Assembly (NCBI GenBank): GCA_965227835.1
Contig: OZ245768.1
Span: 810,001 to 842,000 of the forward strand
DNA length: 32,000 nucleotides
Source: Candidatus Saccharimonadota bacterium
GTDB lineage: Bacteria; Patescibacteriota; Gracilibacteria; BD1-5; UBA6164
Direction: 5' to 3'
Numbering within the stretch: position 1 is the first letter of the stretch; every line of letters starts with the position of its first letter. A program made the translations under genes and the position numbers. Of the stretch, positions 1-8,210 are shown one piece after another. A model generated the notes under the pieces. It saw only the letters and a list, made by a program, of their open reading frames with translations. It did not search any database and was not told the DNA's origin.

Positions 1-58
1 AATAGTAAAAAATCCGTAAAGTGTATAACACCTTTTGTGATGAAAAATTAAAAAACAT

Positions 59-86
59 TTGACAATATTAATTTAATTAATATAAT
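59..86 (+). promoter_or_regulatory. sigma70-like promoter for the 141..506 gene
   Basis: TTGACA at 59-64 and TATAAT at 81-86 with a 16-nt spacer. GGAG Shine-Dalgarno at 131-134 lies 6 nt before ATG 141. Confidence 0.55.
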
Positions 87-140
87 ACATATAGTGCACA
101 TAAGTTTATGTGTATTTAGTCTACCAAAAAGGAGTAAATT

Positions 141-506
141 ATGACTATATGTAAAAAAAGCCTAGCTATATCTGTCTTAGTAGCTATTCTATGCCATTTT
201 CTATTCGCTTTACCTATAAGTTCCGAAGCACCAAAATTCTTCATATTTGTACATGATAATATTACAATACCTCTTTGGGTGTGTATAATTGGATGTGGAA
301 TATTATTTGGGATTCCAGAAAAAAAATCTTCCTCAGATAATTTTAAATTGCTTCTGGGATTTATTCTTGGAGGAACCCTTGGATTTATTCTTGGAGGAAC
401 CCTTGGATTTATTCTTGGAGGACCCCTTGGATTTATTCTTGGAGGAACCCTTGGATTTGTTCTTGGATTTATTCTTGGATGGTCTCTAGGAGAAAAATTT
501 AATTAA
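141..506 (+). CDS. small secreted/membrane protein with a C-terminal glycine-zipper repeat (LGFILGGT x4)
   Basis: Intact ORF with SD and promoter, TAA stop and a downstream hairpin terminator. The N-terminus is hydrophobic and signal-like. The C-terminus is a GxxxG-type repeat. No in-frame TGA despite more than 20 Gly codons. Confidence 0.75.
   Translation: MTICKKSLAISVLVAILCHFLFALPISSEAPKFFIFVHDNITIPLWVCIIGCGILFGIPEKKSSSDNFKLLLGFILGGTLGFILGGTLGFILGGPLGFILGGTLGFVLGFILGWSLGEKFN
357..452 (+). repeat. 4 x 24-bp in-frame tandem repeat (ggatttattcttggaggaaccctt), degenerating up to about 482
   Basis: Units read directly at 357-380, 381-404, 405-428 and 429-452, with one substitution. Each encodes GFILGGTL. 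Confidence 0.9.
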
Positions 507-580
507 GCAATAAGCTAACATTTAAAAATCCATAGGAATTATGATTAAATATTTTTTAACTTAGGTTTCAAAAGCTAGGC

Positions 581-614
581 AAAGGACACAGTTGATAAAT
601 CAACTGTGTCCTTT
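581..614 (+). terminator. intrinsic terminator hairpin after the 141..506 gene
   Basis: Perfect 15-bp stem aaaggacacagttga / tcaactgtgtccttt with loop taaa, followed by a T-rich tail. Confidence 0.7.
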
Positions 615-699
615 ATATTAAAATCTAAAAAAGACTTTTTTTCTTCAAAATATTAATTTTTCAATCCTTTATTAAATATAAAAAACACAAAAACTTTTT

Positions 700-953
700 G
701 AAAAAAACTTTTTTTAGTTAAAGTTAGTACTAATTAAAAGCATTTGAGTTTCGCTATCACGAAACAAGGCTGGAGAAAGAAAGTTTTTAATAAAAACAAG
801 TAGAATCTCCCGAAGGTGAAATACTTCGTTAAAAAAATAAAATTGAGTACAAGCTTTTTGGTGGTAACTTCCAAAAATTAAGGAGAGATCTCTCAATAAC
901 TTTGGACCTAAAAGCACACAAATTATATGTTTTTTGTGTGTTTTTTATTTTTT
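700..953 (+). ncRNA. candidate structured non-coding RNA or leader upstream of mazF (family unknown)
   Basis: No ATG and no ORF longer than about 25 codons in any plus frame, even with code 25. Several local hairpins: 748-765 gtttcg/cgaaac, 811-828 cgaag/cttcg, 855-878 tttttgg/ccaaaaa, and the 12-bp palindrome gagagatctctc at 883-894. It ends in its own terminator at 914-953. Confidence 0.25.
914..953 (+). terminator. intrinsic terminator immediately upstream of the mazF ribosome-binding site
   Basis: Stem cacacaaa (915-922) pairs with tttgtgtg (933-940), followed by ttttttatttttt. The GAGGAGG SD of mazF follows at 960-966. Confidence 0.6.
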
Positions 954-970
954 GATTTTGAGGAGGAAAA

Positions 971-1390
971 ATGAATTATGTAAATGAACTTAAAAATTGG
1001 TTTGAAGAAAAAATAAAGATAAATGAAAAATATATAAACTTTGAGTATAGGTATAAAAAGTGAGATATATGGTATGCAAATTTATGAATAAATATATGAA
1101 ATGAATTTAATAAAGTTAGGCCTGTATTGGTATTAACAAATAATAAATTTTCAAGATGAAATAACATTATAATAATACCAATTACAAGTTTAAAATCTGA
1201 AAAAAGAATACTAAACACAGATATAATAATTGATACAAAATTTGGTAAAAGACAAAGATCAATTATGAGAATTAACCATTTGAAAGATATTTCTAAAAAA
1301 AGACTTATAAAGAAAGTATGAAGAATAGATGATGATACTCTAAATAGACTGGGTATAAAATTAAAGCTATTGTTTGATATTAGAGAATAA
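971..1390 (+). CDS. mazF: MazF/PemK-family endoribonuclease toxin (type II TA toxin fold)
   Basis: Code-25 translation gives ...KKgDIWYANLgINIgNEFNKVRPVLVLTNN...IIIIPITS...RINHLKDISKKRL..., the hallmark GD(I/L)W..(D/N)L....G.E..K.RP.(L/V)V(L/V) and (I/V)PIT(S/T) motifs. Strong SD, 140 codons, TAA stop. In-frame TGA at 1061, 1085, 1097 and elsewhere fall at Gly positions. Confidence 0.85.
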
Positions 1391-1538
1391 AAAATGCCCT
1401 ACCAAATTGATAGGACTAGACTTCTTAGAGTCAAACAAAAATGAAAGCAAGAGCTTTCTAGTTCTCTTAGGAACAATGCAATTATAACACTTTTTACAAA
1501 AAAACAAAACTTTTTTAAATCTTAACTTTATTTTACCT

Positions 1539-4500
1539 ATGTTCCCAAAAGTAGACCCAAAACAATCTTTTCCAGAACTTGAAGAAGAAATATTGAAATT
1601 CTGGAAAAAAGAAAACATATTTGAAGAATCTATAGAAACTAGATCAAAAGATAATCCATATAGATTTTATGATTGACCTCCTTTCATAACAGGTACACCT
1701 CATTATTGAAGTCTTTTATCAAGTATATGCAAAGATGTAGTACCAAGATATTGGACTATGCAAGGTAAAAGATGTGAAAGAGTATGGGGATGGGATTGTC
1801 ACTGATTACCTATAGAAGAAAAAGTACAAAAAAAACTATGACTAGAATCAAACAAAGATATAGAAAAAGTATGAGTAGAAAAGTTTATACAAGAATGTTA
1901 TAGCTATACCAAAAATACATCAGCAGAATGGGAATGGTATGTGGATCATATTTGAAGATGGGTTGATTTCAAAAACTCATATAAAACAATGGATCAAGAT
2001 TATATGGAATCAGTAATATGGGTATTTAAAAAATTATGGGAAAAATGATTGGTATACAAAGGACAAAGAGTTTCTCTTTATAGTTGGAAACTATGAACTC
2101 CTATATCAAATTTCGAAGTAGCAATGGATGATTCTTATGAAGAAGTATCAGATCCAGCTATAACAGTTATGTTTCCTATAATTTGAAAGTCTGAAGAAGA
2201 AGAAAATGAAACCTCACCCCTAGCCCCTCTCCTTAGAGGAGAGGAGTTAGGTTGAGGTTTACCCGAAAACAGATGAATCAATCCTTGAGATTACCTAATA
2301 GCTTGGACTACAACACCATGGACAATACCAGCTCATATGGCATTGGCAGTAAACAAAGATTTGGAGTATTCCAAGGTTTTTTGTGATTGAAAATATTATA
2401 TATTAGCAACTCAAAGAATAGAGAGTGTATTTAAATGAAAAAACTATGAATTGATAGATTCTTTTATGTGAGAAAAATTAGTATGATTGAAATATCTACC
2501 TCCATTTGATTATTACTACAAAAACGAGAAATTAAAAAATGATGAAGAGTCTAAAAACTTCTTGGTTTATCATGCAGAATTTGTAACAGACAAAGACTGA
2601 ACATGAATAGCTCACGAAGCACCAGAATTTTGAGATGTAGATTTCTTGTTAGCCAAAGAAAAATGAGTACATATATCAAATGCAATAGATAATGAATGAA
2701 AATATACAGAAGAGATAGAAGACTATCAGTGAATACATTATAAAGAGGCAAACGAAATAATACCTGAAAAACTAAAAGAATTATGACTTCTTTTTAAAAA
2801 AGAAAGTATAAACCATAGAGTAGCTATGTGTCCTAGAAGCTGAACACCTCTAATATACAAAGTTCAAGATTCATGGTTTGTAGATATACAAAAACTAAAA
2901 GAAAAATTAATAAAAGAAAATGAGGGAATTTCTTGGTACCCAGAACATTTAAAACACTGACAATTTTTGAAATCAATGCAGGGAGCTCCTGATTGGTGTA
3001 TAAGCAGGACAAGATATTGGTGAACTCCTATGCCTATATGGATGGGTTACGATGAAAAGTGAAATGAAAAAGATATGAAAGTTTTTTGAAGTAAAAACGA
3101 AATATTTAAAGCAAGCAAAAAAAGTGGGATAATAAATAAATTTTTACTTATAAGGCACAGAGAGGCTATAAAAAATGTAGAAAGAGTAGAAGACTGGAGC
3201 TGAGATGAGAGACTGAATAAACTTACAGATAACTGAGAAAAACAAGCTTTTGATTTATGCAAAGAACTTTTGGAAAAAGAAGATATAGATGTAATTATAT
3301 CTTCTCCACTTGGTAGATGTAAAGATACTATGAAACCATATTTGGAGAAAACAAAAAAAGAAATTATTTTTGATGATAGACTCAAAGAAACTAATCCTTG
3401 AATTTTGGATGGTAAACCATACAAAGTAATAAATACCACCCATTGGGATAAACCTTTTGAAAAATGAGCTGAAACTGGAGAAGAAGTCTATGAAAGAGTA
3501 AAAAATCTTGTGGAAGAAATTAATAAAAAATATAAATGAAAAACTATTGCTTTGGTATCTCATTGATACCCTATAATTTGGTTAAATAAAGTATTTTCAG
3601 ATTTTGATCATAAAAATGAGGATGAAATAGAAAAAGTCTTCCCAGGCCAAGAATGATACCAAAATGTATATGTTTTTACAGACAATTCAAAAGCTATAAA
3701 TTTACATAAACCTTATGTAGATGATATAGTTTGGAAAGAAAATGGATTAACTTATAAAAGAATTCCTGAAGTTTTAGATGTATGGATGGATTCTTGAAGT
3801 ATGCCTTATGCAGGAGTTCATTATCCTTTTAAAATGAAGGATCAGACAGAGTACCAATCAGAAGAAAAAGAAAGAAGTCAAGCAAGGGGTCAATCAGAGG
3901 AAGAAAAAAATCAAGTAAGAGACCAAGCAAGGGGTCAAGACCCCTTGTCTAATGTGAATTGTTCATATAAATTAGAGTCTTCATCATTATTCAACAGCAA
4001 AAAAAAATTAACTTTTTTCGTAACAACGGTCACGCATAACTCACGAATCTCTGAAAGAATTAAGGGTAAAAAAATAAAAATTTGAGAACCTTTAGTATTG
4101 GATGACAAGCAACAGTATGAACTTACAAAGATATTTTTTAATATCAAATTTGAAAAAGATATTCATATATCTCAATATATAATAAATAAAGATCGTATAC
4201 ATTTCATTATCCATGTAGATAGCGAAGAAGAACTTACAAATTCGGTAAAAACATTAAAAAGTTTATCTACAAAGAAATTCAAAGAATTTTTATGAGTTGA
4301 AAATCAAGAACATTTTTCTTTATGGGCACAAAAATTTAATAGAAAGCAAATAAAGGATGAAAAATCATATAAAGATATATCTGAATATATAATAAACAAC
4401 AGAAAAAAACACGGTGAAAGTAGTAAAGAATTCGAACAGAAGTTGAGAAAACTCATAGACAAGGGGTCTTGACCCCTTGAACAACCCTGACCCCTTGAAC

Positions 4501-6572
4501 AATCTAAAAGTTTTAACAACAACAATAACATTGAATTAAAAGGACTTACATACCCTGCTGATTTCATAGTAGAATATATTTGACAAGTAAGAGCCTGGTT
4601 TTATGTAATGCATGTTGTGTGAGTAGCATTATTTGATAAAAGAAGTTTTACAAATGTCATTACAACTTGAATAGTAAATGGATCAGATTGAAGAAAAATG
4701 TCTAAATCATATTGAAATTATCCAGATCCAAAATGAACAATACAAAAATATTGAGCAGATGCTATAAGGTTTTATATGATAAACTCTCCCCTTATGCATT
4801 GAGCAAATATGAGTTTCAAAGAACAATGAGTACAAGAAGTTGTAAAAAAAGTAATCTTACCTCTATGGAACACATATAGTTTTTTTACAACTTATGCAAA
4901 TATAGATAAGTTTGAACCAAAGAAATGAAATATTTACTATTGTAGACACTGAGAAACTGAAAATAATGAAAAAATGATAATGAACTGATGAGATGCAGAA
5001 TCAGAATTAACACAAAAAGGTATAAAACAAGCAAAAAAAGCATGAGAAAAATTTAAACTAACTTGAGTAAAACTGGATAAAATAATAAGCTCTCCAAAAA
5101 AAAGAGCAATAGATACAGCAGAATTGATAAAAAAGCAATTAGGGTATGAAGTAGAAATAGAAGTAAATGAGAATCTAAACGAACAATTATCATGAGAATT
5201 TTTATGATTGTCCTTAGATGAAATAGCAAAAAAACTATGAATAGATATAAGGGATAAATATTTGTTGAGAAAAAGATATAAAGACAAAAAATATAATAAA
5301 ATAGAGGATATATCTGATTTTGATGAAAAAGTAGCTAAAGAATTTGAAAAAATTAAAAATACCTACAAAGATAAAAACATTTTAATAGTATCTCATTCAG
5401 GAACTTTTAGACCAATAAATAGAGTTTTATCTTGATTGAGTATAAAGGAGGCACACTATATTTGTCATTCTTCTCCTAATTCAAAAATAATAAAACTTCC
5501 GAATGAAAAAAGAGAAAACCTACTTGATAAATGGGTAATATCAGAAACAAATAAGTTGATAAAAGATGTGGAGAAAGCTATGGAAAGCTATAAACTAAAC
5601 GAAGCAACAAGACCAATAGCAAAATTTATGGATAAACTTACAAACTGGTATATAAGAAGAAGCAGAAAAAGGTTTTGGAAATCTGAAAATGATATAGATA
5701 AAATACAAGCTTATGAAACTCTACATGAAGTACTTGTAGAACTGACTAAAGTAATAGCTCCTTTTATGCCTTTTATAAGTGAGCATATATATAAAAACTT
5801 AACCGGTAATAAATCACTACATTTAGATAGTTTTCCTAATCCTGTGGATAGTTTCATATTGGAAAACTTAAATCAAGATATGGATATGTGTCAAAAGATA
5901 ATAAATTTATGACTAGCATGGAGGCAAAATCACTCAATAAGAGTTAGACAACCATTATCAAACATAAGTATATGAGAAAAACTAGATGATTATTATATAG
6001 AGATAATAAAAGAGGAACTAAATGTAAAAGAAGTGATAATATTAGAACCAAGTAAGATAGCTAAAAAAATCTGTAAACCAAATGGTAGAATTATATGACC
6101 AAAGTTTGGTAAAGATGTAAAGTTTATAATACAAGAAGCAAAAGCTGGTAGGTTTATGGAAATAGACGAAAATAGTGTGAAAGTTTGAGATTTTGTTTTA
6201 GAGTGAGAAGAATTTGAAATAGCTTTTGAACCATGAGAAACAGAATATGAGATAGAATCATGATTTGGAATGGTAATAGCTATGGACTGAAATATAACAA
6301 AAGATTTGAAACAAGAATGATATGCTCGTGATATAGTCAGGTATATTCAAGAAGCTAGAAAAGAAGCATTATATGAAGTGAGTGATAGAATAAGTATAGA
6401 ACTAAATACTTCAGAAGAAGATTTGAAAAAGGCAATAAAAAATTTTTGAGATTATATAGAAAAAGAAACCTTATCTAAAATAAAAAATAATCTAGAAAAT
6501 CCTGACTTAGAAAAGAAATTTGAAATAGATAACAATAAGTTTGGCATAAAAATAAAAATTGACAATAAATAA
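1539..6572 (+). CDS. ileS: isoleucyl-tRNA synthetase, type 2 (eukaryote-like), 1677 codons with three large in-frame insertions
   Basis: One TAA/TAG-free frame runs from ATG 1539 to TAA 6570-6572. Motifs seen: [15 protein letters not shown] (HYG 1701-1709, G=TGA), WTTTPWT, [17 protein letters not shown], [18 protein letters not shown], [17 protein letters not shown], KMSKS (4695-4709), YgADAIRFY, and the anticodon-binding [15 protein letters not shown]-track pieces 3801..4085, 4098..4295 and 5436..5912 are in-frame fragments of it. Confidence 0.9.
2210..2259 (+). repeat. 50-bp GC-rich imperfect palindrome inserted in frame in the ileS editing-domain loop
   Basis: aacctca-cccctagc-ccctctcc-ttaga-ggagagg-agttagg-ttgaggtt. 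The outer arms (aacctca/tgaggtt) and inner arms (cctctcc/ggagagg) pair. GC is much higher than the surroundings. It encodes [17 protein letters not shown] just before the WTTTPWT motif. Confidence 0.7.
3132..3683 (+). other. histidine-phosphatase (PGAM/CobC-like, branch 1) domain inserted in ileS, copy 1
   Basis: FLLIRHREA (RHG-type motif with R-H), LTDNg[17 protein letters not shown] (SP..R motif), DDRLKE, ALVSHg (catalytic His). It sits between WgTPMPIW and LHKPYVDD...DVWMDSgS, where canonical IleRS has only a short linker. Confidence 0.7.
3878..4502 (+). mobile_element. REPtron-like unit in frame within ileS: a RayT/IS200-like Y1 (HUH-type) transposase-like domain flanked by inverted GC-rich hairpin repeats
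   Basis: Left end: caagcaaggggtcaa (3878-3892), then caagcaaggggtcaagaccccttg with the 20-bp palindrome at 3928-3947. Right end: palindrome caaggggtcttgaccccttg (4460-4479), the exact reverse complement of the left one, then a repeated tgaccccttgaacaa (4470-4484 and 4488-4502). The internal peptide [12 protein letters not shown]...DRIHFIIHV...[12 protein letters not shown]...[12 protein letters not shown]...[16 protein letters not shown] parallels RayT motifs (WFFTV, HxH..., W.prFw...I, Y..YI..NPvKHG). Confidence 0.6.
4929..5498 (+). other. histidine-phosphatase (PGAM/CobC-like) domain inserted in ileS, copy 2
   Basis: IYYCRHgETENN (RHGE), [37 protein letters not shown]. It is inserted between the [13 protein letters not shown] helix and the [11 protein letters not shown] anticodon-binding region. 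Confidence 0.7.
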
Positions 6573-6613
6573 AAAATAATTATAAATTGATAATTATTTT
6601 TATACATTAAGTC

Positions 6614-7438
6614 ATGAATTTCAAATCAAGCAGTTTAAAAATATCTGATGAATTATTGCAAAATGAGTGCTCTAATATAAGAAATAATATAAAAAATCTA
6701 CAATCAAAATCACCAGTAGCAAGTATAGTTTTTTGTTCATATAATGAGCAAGACTTTTTAATACCTACACTAAAGTCTATTTCTAAAATAGATACCAAAC
6801 TTCCTATTGAAATAATAGCTGTAAACAATGCAAGCACCGATAGAACAAGAGAGATATTAGAGGAGTGTTGAATAATAGTTATTGATGAGAAAATAAAATG
6901 AATATCTTATGCAAGAAATGCTTGATTAAATTGAGCAAGATGAGATATAATATTACAAACAGATTCAGATACTAAAGTTCCAAGCACATGGGTAGATGAA
7001 CATATATCATACTATGATAATCAGGAGGTTTGATGAGTAGCATGATATATAAAAATTGAAGGTGTACATAAGTTATATCATCTATATAAATTATGAGCTA
7101 TCACTCTGCAATCATTTTTGCATATTTTGTGAAAATGACAAAATTGTTATTGATGAGCTAATTTATCATATAGAAAAAAAGAAGTACTAAAGGTATGATG
7201 ATTTGATAAATGATCTAATTCATACGAAGATTTTTTAATTTGTAGCAAAATATCTAAATTGAAAAAAGTAGTTTGCTCGAGTAATAAATGAATATGTGTA
7301 ATAACTTCTTGAAGAAGATATGACAGTTTTTCAAAAGTTAAAAGAGAAACTATGTTAAAAATTTCAGGGATAATACCAAGGATAAAATCAACTAATTGAG
7401 TAGAAATTGGAAAGGATTTTGTTGATATTAGATGATAA
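6614..7438 (+). CDS. family 2 glycosyltransferase (GT-A fold)
   Basis: ASIVFCSYNEQDFLIPTLKSI...IEIIAVNNASTDRTREIL...ARNAgLNgARgDIILQTDSDT is the classic GT2 N-terminal pattern with a DxD-like DSD. Code-25 frame from ATG 6614 to TAA 7436-7438. The track ORF 6614..6871 is its first fragment. Confidence 0.8.
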
Positions 7439-7559
7439 AAAATTAAAAATGGTTAATGCTTTTAATTAGATTTTAATTTTACTTGACTTATTATAAAAAA
7501 TATTAATATATAAGTACTAATTTTTGCTTCATAGTTAAATTTTTAAAAAGGAGGTATAT

Positions 7560-8114
7560 ATGGAAAATATTATTAGTGAATTTCTTCAAAGTAGGAGAGG
7601 TTTTATCATTTGTTTTTTGTCATTACCTACCATGATTCTATTATGCATTGGAATTTTTTTCAAAACAAGTCATGGGTTTAGTATATTTCCAGAAATTGTA
7701 GGTATAATTATAGGTTTATTTTTAATTGCTTCTCAAGTTTACTACTGTGTTATAAATAACACTTCTAAAAAAATACTTATCTTATCTTCAAAAATTGTAT
7801 TAATTAGTATTTGTATAGGAGCAACTTCAGGAGCAATTCCACTTATTGATTTAGGTGTTAATTTGGGAAACGCACTAGGAAGTTTTTTTACAGGTCTTTT
7901 CTTGATCTCTTTAGAAAAGAATTTTAAAGAAAAATCAGAGCTTTTATTCCCAGCTTTTTGGGGAGTATTAATTTTGATAATAGTTGGTTTTTCATTATTA
8001 GAATTATCATCATCTCTAGGACCTGATGATTTCCTAATAATACTTTTCCCAGCTATACCCATTTTGTATATGGCATCTCAATTTTATGACAAAATCAAAA
8101 ATTATGATAATTGA
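7560..8114 (+). CDS. polytopic membrane protein of unknown function, TGA-terminated (formal code-25 read-through would end at TAG 8187-8189)
   Basis: AAGGAGG SD at 7548-7554 and a possible TTGACT -35 at 7483-7488. About 5-6 hydrophobic helices. No in-frame TGA among about 13 Gly codons. TGA at 8112-8114 is followed by a terminator hairpin at 8124-8158. Confidence 0.7.
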   Translation: MENIISEFLQSRRGFIICFLSLPTMILLCIGIFFKTSHGFSIFPEIVGIIIGLFLIASQVYYCVINNTSKKILILSSKIVLISICIGATSGAIPLIDLGVNLGNALGSFFTGLFLISLEKNFKEKSELLFPAFWGVLILIIVGFSLLELSSSLGPDDFLIILFPAIPILYMASQFYDKIKNYDN

Positions 8115-8123
8115 TTAAAAATT

Positions 8124-8158
8124 AAAAGCACACCTTGAAATCAAGGTGTGCTTTTTTT
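8124..8158 (+). terminator. intrinsic terminator
   Basis: Stem gcacacctt / aaggtgtgc (8128-8136 / 8143-8151) followed by a run of 7 T. Confidence 0.75.
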
Positions 8159-8210
8159 GTTTTATTTTAAAATATGTGTTAACATATAGTTATAATACAA
8201 AAATAATTAT

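Noticed and set aside
81-102. Shared promoter-proximal motif TATAATACATA-NN-GTGCA(C/T)A at 81-100 and again at 24628-24647, as a possible common operator.
   Set aside because: It is only an 11-nt exact match plus a short second block in very AT-rich DNA that includes a generic -10 hexamer. That is too short to distinguish from chance without genome-wide counts.
289-489. Alternative-frame ORF (66 aa, LEEPLDLF repeats) overlapping the 141..506 gene.
   Set aside because: It is an off-frame reading of the same 24-bp tandem repeat and has no RBS. The 141..506 frame has a promoter, SD, signal-like N-terminus and terminator.
1391-1538. T-box leader or antitoxin ORF between mazF and ileS (a 48-codon ORF at 1394..1540).
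   Set aside because: The gap is too short for a T-box, and I could not see the conserved T-box or specifier-loop elements. The small ORF has no SD, has a basic low-complexity sequence, and overlaps the ileS start. It is not supportable as an antitoxin from sequence alone.
714-1618. Minus-strand track ORFs 714..917, 976..1218 and 1367..1618.
   Set aside because: 714..917 lies in the non-coding hairpin-rich leader and has no RBS. 976..1218 is antisense to the strongly supported mazF frame. 1367..1618 is antisense to the mazF end and ileS start. All have junk-like composition.
2551-5287. Minus-strand track ORFs inside ileS (2551..2751, 3047..3439, 3255..3563, 3935..4147, 4304..4567, 4937..5287).
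   Set aside because: They are antisense shadows of a well-supported coding frame. Their peptides are low-complexity and Phe/Ser/Leu/Ile-rich, with no RBS and no recognisable motifs.
3045-5500. Inteins as an explanation for the large ileS insertions.
   Set aside because: No Cys/Ser/Thr at the N-terminal junctions, no His-Asn plus Cys/Ser/Thr at the C-terminal junctions, and no Hint or homing-endonuclease block motifs. The inserts instead show histidine-phosphatase and Y1-transposase-like motifs.
3801-5912. Track ORFs 3801..4085, 4098..4295 and 5436..5912 as independent genes (for example a free-standing IS200-like transposase gene interrupting ileS).
   Set aside because: All three are in the same frame as ileS (start coordinates are 0 mod 3). 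They are separated from flanking ileS sequence only by TGA codons, never TAA/TAG. The IleRS motifs on both sides (HYPF / PADFI / KMSKS) are in that same frame, so they are fragments of one code-25 ORF.
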